Origin: an uncultured Methanosarcinaceae archaeon
GTDB lineage: Archaea > Halobacteriota > Methanosarcinia > Methanosarcinales > Methanosarcinaceae
Direction: 5' to 3'
Assembly: GCA_963721455.1 (NCBI GenBank)
Contig: CAVRJG010000038.1
Coordinates: forward strand, 64,001 to 128,000
DNA length: 64,000 nucleotides
The notes below the pieces were generated by a model. The model had not been told where the DNA came from, did not search any database, and saw only the letters and a list, made by a program, of their open reading frames with translations. Shown here in pieces: positions 11,536 to 21,701 of the stretch. Position 1 is the first letter of the stretch; each line of letters starts with the position of its first letter. The translations under genes and the position numbers were made by a program.

Positions 11536-12906
11536 ATGAACAAGCCTCTAAAATATAATGAACTCAATATTCCGGTTGAGGGTAACATGAACGAAGCATT
11601 CGATAACACAGGGACGTGCCGGACAATCCCGGAAATTCAGGGTAAAATTGATGCTGGAGATGCCGTGGTTCTCACGGCTGCAGAACTTAGCGCGAGAATC
11701 CGTGCCGGAGAGGAGATAAGGCTTGAAGATGTGGATGTCGTAACTACCGCAACCCGCGGCATCATGAGCGGAACATATGCTGTACTTTCGTTCAAAGTCT
11801 CAGAGCCCGACTCGTTTGTTAAAGCTTCTGAAGTCCTGCTGAACGGCGTGCCGGCAGTTGTGGGTCCCTGCCCGAACGAAAGGCTTGGAGTCCTGGACCT
11901 TATCGTGCTCGGGACAGCTCACGGAGAATCAGACCCATGCTACGGAGGTGGACACCTTTTCAGGGAGATGGTGGAAGGAAAAACCATTAAAGTTGATGTA
12001 ACTACCAGTGAAGGAAGTCGCTTTTCAGTGGAGACACAGCTATCTGAAATCCCCTTTGCACGGCTCCACGCAACAAGGCATGCCTTTAAGAATTACAGGG
12101 CATTCGTAAATCCCGGAAAAGAGTCTATTAAAACCATTTTTCATGCCCTGCCATTTGAAGGTGAATTTAAGGAGATGACTTTTTGCGGCTGCGGCGAGTT
12201 GAACCCCATTCAAAACGACCCCAAACTCGAGACTATAGGAGTCGGGACAAGGGTGCTTCTTAACGGAGCAGACGGATTTGTTACGGGTTCAGGCACCCGA
12301 AGCTCACCGGATAATCCTAACCTTACAGGTTTTGCAGACCTGCATGATATGAATCCTGAATATATGGGAGGTTTTGCAACTTCTGCCGGCCCTGAGATTA
12401 TCAATACCTGGGCTGTCCCAATCCCGGTTCTTCACGAGGGGATGCTGGAAAATATCCTGAAGCTGGATAAGGAAATTCCACTTAAGCTTGTAGATCTTGC
12501 AGGTAGAATCCCTCTCTGTGAAATTACATATGGAGATGTATGGGACGGCACAGACCTTACAGTCCGCTATGAGCCGGAAAAGTGCCTGAAATGCAAGACA
12601 TGTCTGGTTGAAGAAGCCTGTCCCATGGGAGCCGTCTCCCGTACTGAGGATAAAATGGCTGTCCATTCCAGCTCTCTTTGCTTTAACTGCGGGCTCTGCC
12701 TCTCAAGGTGCAGGGGGGAGACCTTCAGTGCAAACCTGGGTTCTGTCAGGTGTGCAATTGGAGGCAGCCTGAGGGACATTAAAGTAACCCTGCGCCAATC
12801 AGACCGTGCCAGGGCATTGAAAGCTGCTGAAGAACTAAAAGAAAAGATTCTCACCGGTACATTCAGACTCAAGGAGCCTGTAGAAAAAATAAGCTGGCGA
12901 GAATAA
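11536..12906 (+). CDS. comF: Methanogenesis marker 16 metalloprotein (DUF39-like plus 4Fe-4S), probable coenzyme M synthase ComF; true start perhaps 11587
   Basis: DVDVVTTATRGIMSGT, GPCPNERLG, GCGELNP, C-terminal CxxCxxC..CP and CxxCxxCxxxC; adjacent to comDE and cysteate synthase. Confidence 0.8.
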   Translation: MNKPLKYNELNIPVEGNMNEAFDNTGTCRTIPEIQGKIDAGDAVVLTAAELSARIRAGEEIRLEDVDVVTTATRGIMSGTYAVLSFKVSEPDSFVKASEVLLNGVPAVVGPCPNERLGVLDLIVLGTAHGESDPCYGGGHLFREMVEGKTIKVDVTTSEGSRFSVETQLSEIPFARLHATRHAFKNYRAFVNPGKESIKTIFHALPFEGEFKEMTFCGCGELNPIQNDPKLETIGVGTRVLLNGADGFVTGSGTRSSPDNPNLTGFADLHDMNPEYMGGFATSAGPEIINTWAVPIPVLHEGMLENILKLDKEIPLKLVDLAGRIPLCEITYGDVWDGTDLTVRYEPEKCLKCKTCLVEEACPMGAVSRTEDKMAVHSSSLCFNCGLCLSRCRGETFSANLGSVRCAIGGSLRDIKVTLRQSDRARALKAAEELKEKILTGTFRLKEPVEKISWRE

Positions 12907-12973
12907 TATCGAAAAGGCCGGAGAGACTAATATCGAAAAAGCCGGAGAGACTAATATCGAAAAAGCTGGCGAG
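12904..12973. repeat. Tandem repeat, about 3 x 24 bp (taatatcgaaaa(a/g)gccggagagac), starting at the stop codon
   Basis: Read directly. Confidence 0.8.
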
Positions 12974-13071
12974 AAAATCTAAAAGCTCTAAGCCAATAAG
13001 CTGAAAATGCCTCATGGAAGAGAACGAAGACAATAGAAAGTGATGGTCATTCAGTACATTTTTTCTCGGCA

Positions 13072-13330
13072 GAGTTGCGCGCTCCCGAGTTCCGCTTCGG
13101 GATCACAGGAAATCGGAGATTTTCTGGGAGTTGCGATGGAATCGCAACAGCACGGGGTCCGTTTCGCTTCGCTCAAGCGGACTAACTGAAAGGGCTTATT
13201 TACGAAATGACAGTTCTTCCGTGCTTTCCGTGTTTTCCGTGGTCATAAATTATCGAATGAGTTTTTCCGTGCCCTGCATGTTTATAGAGTCTTGAGTGAG
13301 TTTGTGTAAATATTTACGTCCGGAACTGTA
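13072..13330. repeat. Dispersed REP-like hairpin repeat, copy 2 (with internal extra hairpins and long tail)
   Basis: cccgagttccgcttcggga...gcacggggtccgtttcgcttcgctcaagcggactaa...gtgtaaatatttacgtccggaactgta. Confidence 0.85.
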
Positions 13331-13341
13331 AGTTCCTGTTT

Positions 13342-14499
13342 TCACAGCTTTTCTGTTTTTAAAGCCTCTTTAAACCGTTTTGTAACCTCTTCGGGGCTCA
13401 GGGGGATATTTGGAGCTTTTGTATTTCCCGGTTTCAGGATTACATGGATAAAGGAAAGTTCTTGCATGGCCCGGAATTTTCTGAAAGTTTCTATTAGCCC
13501 TTCTCTGCTGTTCACTTTAGCCGTATTCTGGATTCCGCAGGCATTTGCAAAAATTTCCAGGTCAATGTAGCGGAGGGCACAGGTTTCCTGCGAACCTGTG
13601 GAGCCGTAGGCGCCGTTGTCAAGGCCAATGATTATCAGGTTTTTAGGGGCCTCTTTTGCAACCTCAAGAAGCGCGTTAGGGTTCATCAACAGGCTTCCAT
13701 CCCCGTCAAAGGCCACAACTGTCTTTTCGGATCGAAGGGCAAGGCCAAGGCCTATGGAAGAAACAAGTCCCATTGAACCGAACATATAAAAATTAAGATC
13801 TCTGTCCCTGCAGGCATAAAGTTCCTTACAGGGAACCCCAAGATTTGTTACTGTAATTTCTCCATCAAGCTGAGAGGCGATTGCGCAAATTGCATCGTTC
13901 CTTAGCATTATTGGCTTGAGGCTTTCCTCTTTAAGGTTAAATACGCATGTATGTTCCATAACCTCAGGCTTTTCTGGCAATCCCGCAGCTTCCCAGGAAC
14001 AGCAGGCAGACATTTCCCATACTTTCGGGGAGATAAGGGCTATATGCGGTCTTAAGTTTTCAAAGGCGTCTCTTATTACATTTTCAAGAAGAGGGAGCTT
14101 TTCGGCTTCATCAATTATTGTATATTCCAGCCCTGCCCCTTTCAGGATTGCCGGGAGGCGGACTCCAAGGGGGACCTGCGCTTCAATGCCTTCGCCATAG
14201 ACCCCACGCCAGCTTGTCAGGACAGGTAGGGGAATTTTGCATATCACATTCAGGGATTCCAGAGCGTTTATCATGTTCCCGAGCCCTGTGCTCTGGATCA
14301 GCATCATGGGTTTTCCCCCAGCAAGGTAAGCCCCGGCACAAATACCCACCCCGTTTTCTTCCCTTGTTAACTTGATCTCAGGAAAATTCTCCGAAACCAG
14401 CGGAAGCAGGTTCTTGATCCTGTCACAGGGCAGAGTTGCAGCAAGGTCAATACCTGTTTTTTTCATGATTTTTATAACTTCTTCTTCCGGACTTGCCAT
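13342..14499 (-). CDS. comDE: Sulfopyruvate decarboxylase, fused ComDE
   Basis: N-terminal TREENGVGICAG/QSTGLGN (ComD) and C-terminal ThDP-binding GSMG...DGDGSLLMN...DN (ComE). Confidence 0.92.
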   Translation of the reverse strand: MASPEEEVIKIMKKTGIDLAATLPCDRIKNLLPLVSENFPEIKLTREENGVGICAGAYLAGGKPMMLIQSTGLGNMINALESLNVICKIPLPVLTSWRGVYGEGIEAQVPLGVRLPAILKGAGLEYTIIDEAEKLPLLENVIRDAFENLRPHIALISPKVWEMSACCSWEAAGLPEKPEVMEHTCVFNLKEESLKPIMLRNDAICAIASQLDGEITVTNLGVPCKELYACRDRDLNFYMFGSMGLVSSIGLGLALRSEKTVVAFDGDGSLLMNPNALLEVAKEAPKNLIIIGLDNGAYGSTGSQETCALRYIDLEIFANACGIQNTAKVNSREGLIETFRKFRAMQELSFIHVILKPGNTKAPNIPLSPEEVTKRFKEALKTEKL

Positions 14500-14553
14500 G
14501 GAAATACCTCTTCAGTTTGCTTTCTCTTATTTCGTCTGTAGTTTTTTCCGAAC

Positions 14554-15804
14554 TCAGATATTCAGTTCTTCTAAGGGGATATCAGGGTTTCTGGCAGTAG
14601 CTGCCGGTGGGATCTGGAAAAGTGTGAAATCTTCTTTTAACCGCTTGTATCCTCCGCCTGCAATGTTCAGGAGAATAGTTTCATCCCTTCCAACATTTCC
14701 GGCTTCTACGGCTTTTAAGAGGGATGCCGCTGCTACTGCTGACGGGGGCAGAATATCGATCCCTTCCAGGGATTCGAAAAGGGCTTTAGCCTCAATGGCT
14801 TCTTCTCTGGTAATTGCGTACATTATCCCATCAGTATCGACAAGTGCATCATAGAGTCCGCCTGTAACTCCATATGGGGGAGCACGGTTGGTAAGAACAG
14901 TGGCGTAAGTTTCCTCTACCTGTTTCTTTGCATCCTTCATGTCAAGCTCGGGAATGATTTCTCTTCTTCTTTCCTTCCAGGCGCTGTACATGGGAACAAA
15001 AGGAAGGTTCTGGGCAAGCTGAAGTTTCGGGAGCTTTTGCCCGAACCGCCCGTCGGCCCTCAGGCGCAATGAGGCTTCCCAGGCTGAAATTCCACCAGTG
15101 CCGCTTCCAACTGCCTGGAAATAGTGGTCAGGCATCTGTCCGATGGTCACTGCCGCATCCAGCATAACCGTGCCCATGCCCTCTCTTCTCGCGACATTTC
15201 TTGCTCCGCCTTCGGGAACCATGCCAGGCAGTTTTGCAATCCTTCCTGCAAGATTGATAGCATCAGTGTAGTCGTTTCCGGGGCTCATACCTATCAGGTG
15301 AATGGATTCTGTCGGCTCTTCGGGCAGCCACAGCTTCGAAATTCCGGAATCAGGCACCACTATGTAGACATCAGTTCCTGTCAAAGCCGAAACGTGGGCG
15401 AAAGCCCGGCCTGTATTTCCGGCAGAGGCAAGGACGATGGCTTTTCCCCCGTTTTCTTTAAGGAGCTGCATGGTGGGGTAGGCTTCGAGTTCTTTGAAAC
15501 TGCAGGTCTTGATAAAAGCCCCCCTTTCGGGCCAGTACCCGCTGAACCCTATATAAAGGTTTGAAAGCCCGAGTTCCCTGGCAAGGGCTTCACTTTTGTA
15601 GGTTATGGGCCCGGCATCTGTAGTAAGTTCTTCCTGGATAGGAAGCCAGGAATGGAACCTTCCGATCCCTGGCTGGTTTCTCATCTCCAGCCTTTTTTCG
15701 AAGTAGTCTGCCCTTAAAAGGGAGTCGTCGTTCTCACAGGTGAGCCTATATTGCTGGCCGTATTCTCTTCCGCACTTCAGACATTTCAGTTTGAATCTTC
15801 CCAT
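14554..15804 (-). CDS. Cysteate synthase (threonine synthase-like PLP enzyme)
   Basis: TCSFKELEA PLP lysine, ASAGNT, QAVGSGTG; next to comDE. Confidence 0.92.
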   Translation of the reverse strand: MGRFKLKCLKCGREYGQQYRLTCENDDSLLRADYFEKRLEMRNQPGIGRFHSWLPIQEELTTDAGPITYKSEALARELGLSNLYIGFSGYWPERGAFIKTCSFKELEAYPTMQLLKENGGKAIVLASAGNTGRAFAHVSALTGTDVYIVVPDSGISKLWLPEEPTESIHLIGMSPGNDYTDAINLAGRIAKLPGMVPEGGARNVARREGMGTVMLDAAVTIGQMPDHYFQAVGSGTGGISAWEASLRLRADGRFGQKLPKLQLAQNLPFVPMYSAWKERRREIIPELDMKDAKKQVEETYATVLTNRAPPYGVTGGLYDALVDTDGIMYAITREEAIEAKALFESLEGIDILPPSAVAAASLLKAVEAGNVGRDETILLNIAGGGYKRLKEDFTLFQIPPAATARNPDIPLEELNI

Positions 15805-16059
15805 CGCGATCAGGGAAAATTGGGTCTCTTATTAAATATATATTCCTGAAATGTAAATAAAATACCCATTTTGTGCCACCGATGTTTCATAATGCTCTCA
15901 TCTGGACACTCAGTTCTTCTGAACGGAAAAAAATATTTTCTGAGAAAAATGAACTGGGAAATGTAAAATTGGCAGTAAAGGGGAGTAAAAGAAGAAATGA
16001 AGAGGCAGCTTAAAGCGGAAGCATTAAACCAGGGATCGAAAAAGATTAATTGAAAGTTA

Positions 16060-16125
16060 TACCGGATCTGCCTGATCTGCCTGATCTACCGGATCTGCCT
16101 GATCTACCGGATCTGCCTGATCTTC
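16060..16125. repeat. Tandem repeat, about 7 x 9 bp (cc(g/t)gatct(g/a))
   Basis: Read directly; immediately after the stop codon of 16128-16586. Confidence 0.9.
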
Positions 16126-16127
16126 CC

Positions 16128-16586
16128 TTACACATAAAACGTATTCGGGGTGGATTTTGCATTTTCAATATTTCTCCTGGTGCCCTCAGGGTAAACAAGG
16201 GTAAGGGTATCCGGCTGCATCCCGAATTTCCGGGAATCGTGCAGGTAGTATTCTTCACTTTTCTTGGAAATGTTTTTTACCTGGATTGAAGCACTGGTTC
16301 TTCCGATCTTCTGTATTTCTATTTTATCAAAATCAGAAAAAATCTCCTTTATTTTGGGTTCCAGATTTTTGCTCCCGAAAAGGAAGATATAAGCCTGGGC
16401 AAAGGGACTGAGGTGGTAATCAATACTGACGTCTGCATCGGTTTTATTGAATGCGATTTCCATGCTGTCAAGGTGAATATATTTCCCTTCCCTGAACTGG
16501 TCAGTGTCGATTCCAGGAGACATCTTTCCAGCCATCAGAGCAGCCGAGATTATCAGGGCAATTGTGATTATAGCTTTTATTTTCAT
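16128..16586 (-). CDS. Hypothetical secreted or membrane-anchored protein
   Basis: 152 aa with N-terminal basic plus hydrophobic signal (MKIKAIITIALIISAALMA). Confidence 0.7.
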   Translation of the reverse strand: MKIKAIITIALIISAALMAGKMSPGIDTDQFREGKYIHLDSMEIAFNKTDADVSIDYHLSPFAQAYIFLFGSKNLEPKIKEIFSDFDKIEIQKIGRTSASIQVKNISKKSEEYYLHDSRKFGMQPDTLTLVYPEGTRRNIENAKSTPNTFYV

Positions 16587-16708
16587 AGGTCTTACGCAGT
16601 AATTATCCTTTATTCTAATATCTCTTTCCTCTGTTTTTGCAATAATGTTAAATATTGCCAGAGTGAAGCTACTTCAAACTACCTGAAAAACCATAACGAG
16701 ACTACAAA

Positions 16709-16924
16709 ATGAGCAAAAACATTAACTTTACCTGCCCCAAATGCGGAAACACCTCATTCGAAACCGGCGAGATCCGCACCACAGGCGGCTTTCTCAGCAA
16801 ACTCCTCGATGTCCAGAACAAGAAATTCACCCACGTCACCTGCAAGCGCTGTAAGTACACCGAATTCTACCAGGCTGACAGCAGCATGCTGGGGAACATT
16901 TTCGACCTGTTTACATCAAGATGA
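16709..16924 (+). CDS. Zinc-ribbon protein (COG3478/DUF2082-like)
   Basis: CPKCG...TGGFLSKLLDVQ...CKRCKYTEFY. Confidence 0.85.
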   Translation: MSKNINFTCPKCGNTSFETGEIRTTGGFLSKLLDVQNKKFTHVTCKRCKYTEFYQADSSMLGNIFDLFTSR

Positions 16925-17034
16925 GCCGCCTGAGGGATTTTTCGGAGAAAATTACCTTTTTCTCCCTTTTTTCGTTTTTTTGATTGCTTATTAGCCGGGG
17001 CTGGCGAGTAGCATCTTTAACGGAGCTTTTTCAC

Positions 17035-17090
17035 GCCCGAGTTTCGCTTCGGGAGCACGAGGTCCTTTTCGCTCCGCTCAAGAGGACTGA
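17035..17090. repeat. Dispersed REP-like hairpin repeat, copy 3
   Basis: gcccgagtttcgcttcgggagcacgaggtccttttcgctccgctcaagaggact. Confidence 0.85.
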
Positions 17091-17259
17091 ATTACTTATA
17101 ATCTGACCCATACAACCATATTCGTCACATCAGGCCGTTCTTGTCACGCTCGACGAAGGAGAGCGGCCCGTCCATGCCAAATTCCTGAAAGAGACAGCGA
17201 TTTTAAACGTCTTCCTGTTGTTCCTAACTATTAATTGATTTTTGCCATCTCTACTCGCC

Positions 17260-20200
17260 TTATGATGAAATTGATTTTAATTTTGCTGGGATCAGGATTG
17301 AACAGCACTTTTTCTTCATTTCGTCGAAGGTAAGCTCTTTCAAATCCTGAATATGTTTGTGCATGAGCGGTGAGAATGCTTTATTAAGGATTCGTTTGAC
17401 TTTCCCGTCATTCAGTTTGAGTATTTCTTTTACATTTTCAAGAAGTACAGCTTGTTCCTGCAGTTTTCTACTCGTCTCAAGCAGTTGAATAAATCTTCGT
17501 AAACCTTACATTCTCTGAACCTTTTATCTATGGAATTTCTGAATTTCGTCTCTTCTAATATGTGAATGAGCTTTGTCTGTTATCGGGACTTGTCCCGCAT
17601 GGGTATCTCTTGCAGGATTGAACCCCGTATTTATTGAAGTCAGCAGGACAAACTGTTCCAGGACAAACTGTTCCATTACCTTGTCAACTGGTTTTATAAT
17701 CCCTTCATCCTGCCTTTTATTTAAGTATTTGTCAAGTGTTGAAACAATCCCTGTAGAACCTCCAAGAACTTTTTTGTCTTCTCCGAGAGTAAAGATTCCG
17801 TTTGCCATTATGAATGCTTTGTTGCCGGAGCATGGGTTGTTTATGTCAGCTTTTGCTATTTCATAGAACCTTTCTGGCTTCGGGTTTGTCTGAGGTACAA
17901 GAATTACGTCACAGGCAGGAATCAGGCGATTTCTTAAATCGGCATTCAGGTATTCGTAGCAGATCATTACTCCGAGGCGGAGGTCATCCCGCAGTTTGAA
18001 AATATGATTTACTTTTCCAGCTTTCATTCCTTCATTGAAATAGAGATCACGTTCTTCCCGTGCTCCAAGCAACTTTTCATTGTGCACGATTTTGAAGCAG
18101 GAATTACAACAGGGGAGATATTCTTCCTCAAGTCTTCTTCTTCAAATTCCCGAATGAACAAATTTTCCGTACGCTCCAAGATTCTTTTCTGTGACGTAAT
18201 GACTGCCTGCAACGACAATAATTCCGTTTTCATCAGCAAATTTCTGTATTTCTTCAAGATAATCAAAAGGTATGGAAAATTCGGGGAAAACAACAATATC
18301 TGCTTCTTTTTTCACAGCTCCAAGAATTGCCATGACTTTTCTGTGATAGGCATCGTCAGCTGTGATTTTTACAACTGAATTCTCCCGTAAGCATGATACT
18401 TCAACTGAACAGCGGCAATTTTCAAATCCCGATCAACGCAGACGCTATTTGAGCAGTCACACTGGAAGATTCGGGTTTTATTATCTCTGCTTATGCTTTC
18501 AAAATAATCAATTGACCTTATGAACCGGTTTTTTCTGTCCTGGCGTTGTGAAATTATTTCATCTTCTCCCTGCGGGAAATAGCCTGATCTTGAGGTAATC
18601 AATTTCAAGCAGGTTGTTTTTGATTTCTTCTCGGGTCAGAGTTCTGTTTAGAAGAATTTTATTTCCTGTTTTGATAGTCAGTTTTCCTTTTACTTTAGTT
18701 CAGGGATCGTCAAATATGACTTTCAGTTTCCAGTTTTCATAAATTATGTTTGAGATTGAAAGGTTCTTCAAAATAGTCTTTTATTTTCCTGTGAACATGC
18801 CCGAAGAGATTTTCAAGTGGCCTTGTATTCAATTTCACTGACTTTTCCATCAAGTTCCTTCAGAAGTTCTTTCCGCGTCTCTGTAGTCTTTTTCTTCAAA
18901 TATCTGCGGGATATTCTCAAATGAAACCCTTATGCTGGGGTTAACATCCTCAGGGAGGGTTTTGACAACTTCTCTGAATCAGTTCTTTCAGTTTTGGAAC
19001 ATCTACTTCTTCAAATTTCTCAACTTCTTCCAGGACTATTGAGTAGCCCAATATAGACGCAGTAGCAAACATTTGCCTTTTCATAAGTCTCTGTTGCGTT
19101 CTTGAACTGTTCCACTGCCTGCTTGAGCAGTTCCAGATCAGGTGCTCTTGAAGCAAGTGCTTCGTTTACAAGTTTTCTTCCTGAAAGGTAGCAAGTGGCA
19201 GAAGAATACAGAGTTTTGAAACAGCCTCATCATTCTCGATCTGACCCAGTTTTTCAACTGCCTTGAGAGCTTTTTCATATTCTTCTGCACCTTTTCTCGA
19301 CATCGGTTTCAAACTCTGATATTTTTCATCAGAAAGTCGATATATGCACTCAGACCTGCCCCGTAACCAGTTTTCTCTCGTGCTTCAGCCCATATTTGCT
19401 AAAAAATTCCTGATTTTTTTTGCAGAGTTGATCACATCCTCCAGGCATTAATCTGAGAATTTGTTTGCTTTTTCTGCCTGTTCCGTATTTAACTCAATAA
19501 GCCTGATTATTGAATTTGACTTCCTGCCTATAGTCAGGTACTGCATGGGTTCCGTAAAAATTTCAAGCGCTTTTTCGTACTTTTCTTTCGCCTCTTCGAT
19601 GCGCCCCATATTTCAAAGCAAGTTTCCTAAATTGTTGAGTGTCATTGCTACATCTGATTGGTATGCTACGTTTTCGGGGTCTGTTTATTGAGGAGTTTTT
19701 CATACATTTCGAGGGCTTTTTCGTACTTTTCTTTCGCCTCTTCGATGCGCCCCATATCAGAAAGCAAGTTTCCTAAATTGTTGAGTGTCATTCCTACATC
19801 TGATTGGTATGCTACGTTTTCGGGGTCGTTTTTGAGGAGTTTTTCATACATTTCGAGGGCTTTTTCGTACCTTTGTTTCGCCTCTTCGATGCGCCCCATA
19901 TTTGAAAGCAAGTTTCCTAAATTGTTGAGTGTCGTTCCTACATATGATTGGTATGCTACGTTTTCGGGGTCTGTTTTTGAGGAGTTTTTCCTCATTTCGA
20001 GGGCTTTTTCGTACCTTTGTTTCGCCTCTTCGATGCGCCCCATATCAGAAAGCAAGTCTCCTAAATTGTTGAGTGTCTTCCTACATCTGATTGGTATGCT
20101 ACGTTTTCGGGGTCGTTTTGAGGAGTTTTTGAGAGATTAAGAGATGTAATTCATAGCAATTTTTTGCTTGAAGAAAACGTCCCATTTTATAGAAAAGGTT

Positions 20201-20522
20201 TCCAAGAGTGACGATGCGGTCAAGATTCATCTGAAGACTTGACTGGTAAAGTTTGTTATCAGGGTCTTTTAAGAGGAGTTCTTCAGCAGCTTTTAAGGCA
20301 AAAGACATGGATCTTCAGGGCTTCTTCGTATGCTCCTACTGTCTGCATTAGACGTCCTTTTAAGGTCTGGACGTTGAGTAAAATGTCAATTGCTTTCGCC
20401 CTCTTTGCGGCTTCTTCGGCTTTTCCAAGCTCTTTTAAGGCTTCCTCAGGTTTGCCTTTTTGCATTAAAGATAAGGTCTTTTGAAAATGTCTTTCTGCTG
20501 AATCTCTCAAACGCCCTGACAT
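17260..20522 (-). pseudogene. Multiply frameshifted gene: N-terminal TPR array plus C-terminal carbon-nitrogen hydrolase (nitrilase) domain, about 1090 aa if intact
   Basis: Consecutive minus-strand fragments in changing frames: TPRs (20283-20522, 20099-20308, 19666-20055), then KIAAVQL, VVFPEFS, VVAGSH, HNEK and VMICYEYL nitrilase motifs (17524-18608). Confidence 0.8.
19561..20130. repeat. About 4 near-identical 144-bp (48-aa) TPR-coding tandem repeats
   Basis: cctcttcgatgcgccccata recurs at 19591, 19737, 19881 and 20025 (spacings 146/144/144). Confidence 0.9.
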
Positions 20523-20699
20523 AGTAAAAGAATTAATCTAGGGTGGCTTAAATGTTGTGTTTTTTTACGCTGCAATCGTAGCAAAAAGTGCGAAAATAAG
20601 AACTGATTTGCTTCTTTTTTTGCACACAGGGAAAAGCCGCGCAGACGGCGCGTGGACAAATTCGGGCTTAGACGGCTAGTCCGGTTGAGTGGGTTCAAT

Positions 20700-21464
20700 T
20701 TAGAGAGATTCGAGCTTTTCCCGCGTGAGGCTGAGTTCTTCCTTGAGCTTCTTGTTTTCAGGGTCTTTTTTGCTCAGGGTTTCAAGGATCTCAAATGCTT
20801 TTTTGAAGTTCTCTTTTGCCTCTTCTTTTTGCCCTTTTTCAGAAAACAGGGTTCCGAGATTGTTGAGTATCATTGCTGCGTCTGAGAGATATTCCGTGTT
20901 TTCAGGGTAACTTTTAAGGAGTTTTTCCTGGATTTTGAGGGCTTTTTCGTATTTTTCTTCTGCTTCTTCGGTTTGCCCCATTCCGGCGAGCAGTTCTCCG
21001 AGGTTGTTGAGGGTGTTTCCTGCATACATTAGATAAAATTCGCTTTCCGGCCTGGCGTCAAGCCGTTTCCGGCAGATTTCGAGGCCGATTTCATAGCACT
21101 TTTGCGAGGATTGGAAGTTGCCAGCTCTCTGAAATATATTCCCAAGGTTCCCGATGTTGTTCAGGTTCATGAGGAGGGTATCAAGGTAAAGTTTGTTTTC
21201 CGGGTCTGTTGAGAGGAGTTTTTCGCCGGTTCTTAAGGAAAAGGTGTAGGTCTCCAGGGCTTCTTCAAGCCTGCCCAGGGACTGCATCAGCTGGCCTCTT
21301 ACTTTTAAGGTGTGGAACAGAATGGCTCCATCCTTTGCCTCCTGTGCAATTTTTTCGGCTGTCTGGAGAGATTCAAAGGCTTCTTCGATCCTTCCTTTTT
21401 GCATCAGGTCCAGGGTTTCATTGAAATATTTTACTGCTTCTTCTCTCAACTTCTCAGCGGGCAT
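20700..21464 (-). CDS. TPR protein, paralog of the N-terminus of the TPR-nitrilase gene
   Basis: TLNNLG...GQTEEA..YEKAL repeats; DPENKLY. Confidence 0.88.
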   Translation of the reverse strand: MPAEKLREEAVKYFNETLDLMQKGRIEEAFESLQTAEKIAQEAKDGAILFHTLKVRGQLMQSLGRLEEALETYTFSLRTGEKLLSTDPENKLYLDTLLMNLNNIGNLGNIFQRAGNFQSSQKCYEIGLEICRKRLDARPESEFYLMYAGNTLNNLGELLAGMGQTEEAEEKYEKALKIQEKLLKSYPENTEYLSDAAMILNNLGTLFSEKGQKEEAKENFKKAFEILETLSKKDPENKKLKEELSLTREKLESL

Positions 21465-21701
21465 GATAAAAAGACGGGCTTGTGATGTCTTATAGGTTAT
21501 GTTTTATGCCTTGTTTTTTTCGTTCCTGTTACCATGTTTTTTCTTTCCTGTTATTATCTTTTTCTTCCAACTCCTTTATATATATTAATAACAGCTTAAT
21601 TATAGATGATCGAAGTTTCATATCTTTCTTTAACCCGCGTTTTTTAATATTTTGATGCTTATTGATATCTAAAAAAAGGTATTTAGGGAAAGGGAAATAA
21701 C

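Noticed and set aside
9098-12973. Tandem repeats at 9098 and 12904, and the dispersed hairpin family, as CRISPR arrays
   Set aside because: No unique spacers of regular length between repeats and no cas genes in the window
16046-16289. ORFs with PDL/GRS repeats
   Set aside because: By-products of a 9-bp tandem repeat and overlap with the real gene 16128-16586
19561-20130. TPR repeats as a diversity-generating retroelement TR/VR pair
   Set aside because: The repeats are in-frame coding tandem units, the differences are not evidently adenine-specific, and no reverse transcriptase is present in the window
17260-20522. Pyrrolysine (UAG) read-through as the explanation of the fragmented gene
   Set aside because: The breaks are frame changes, not in-frame amber codons
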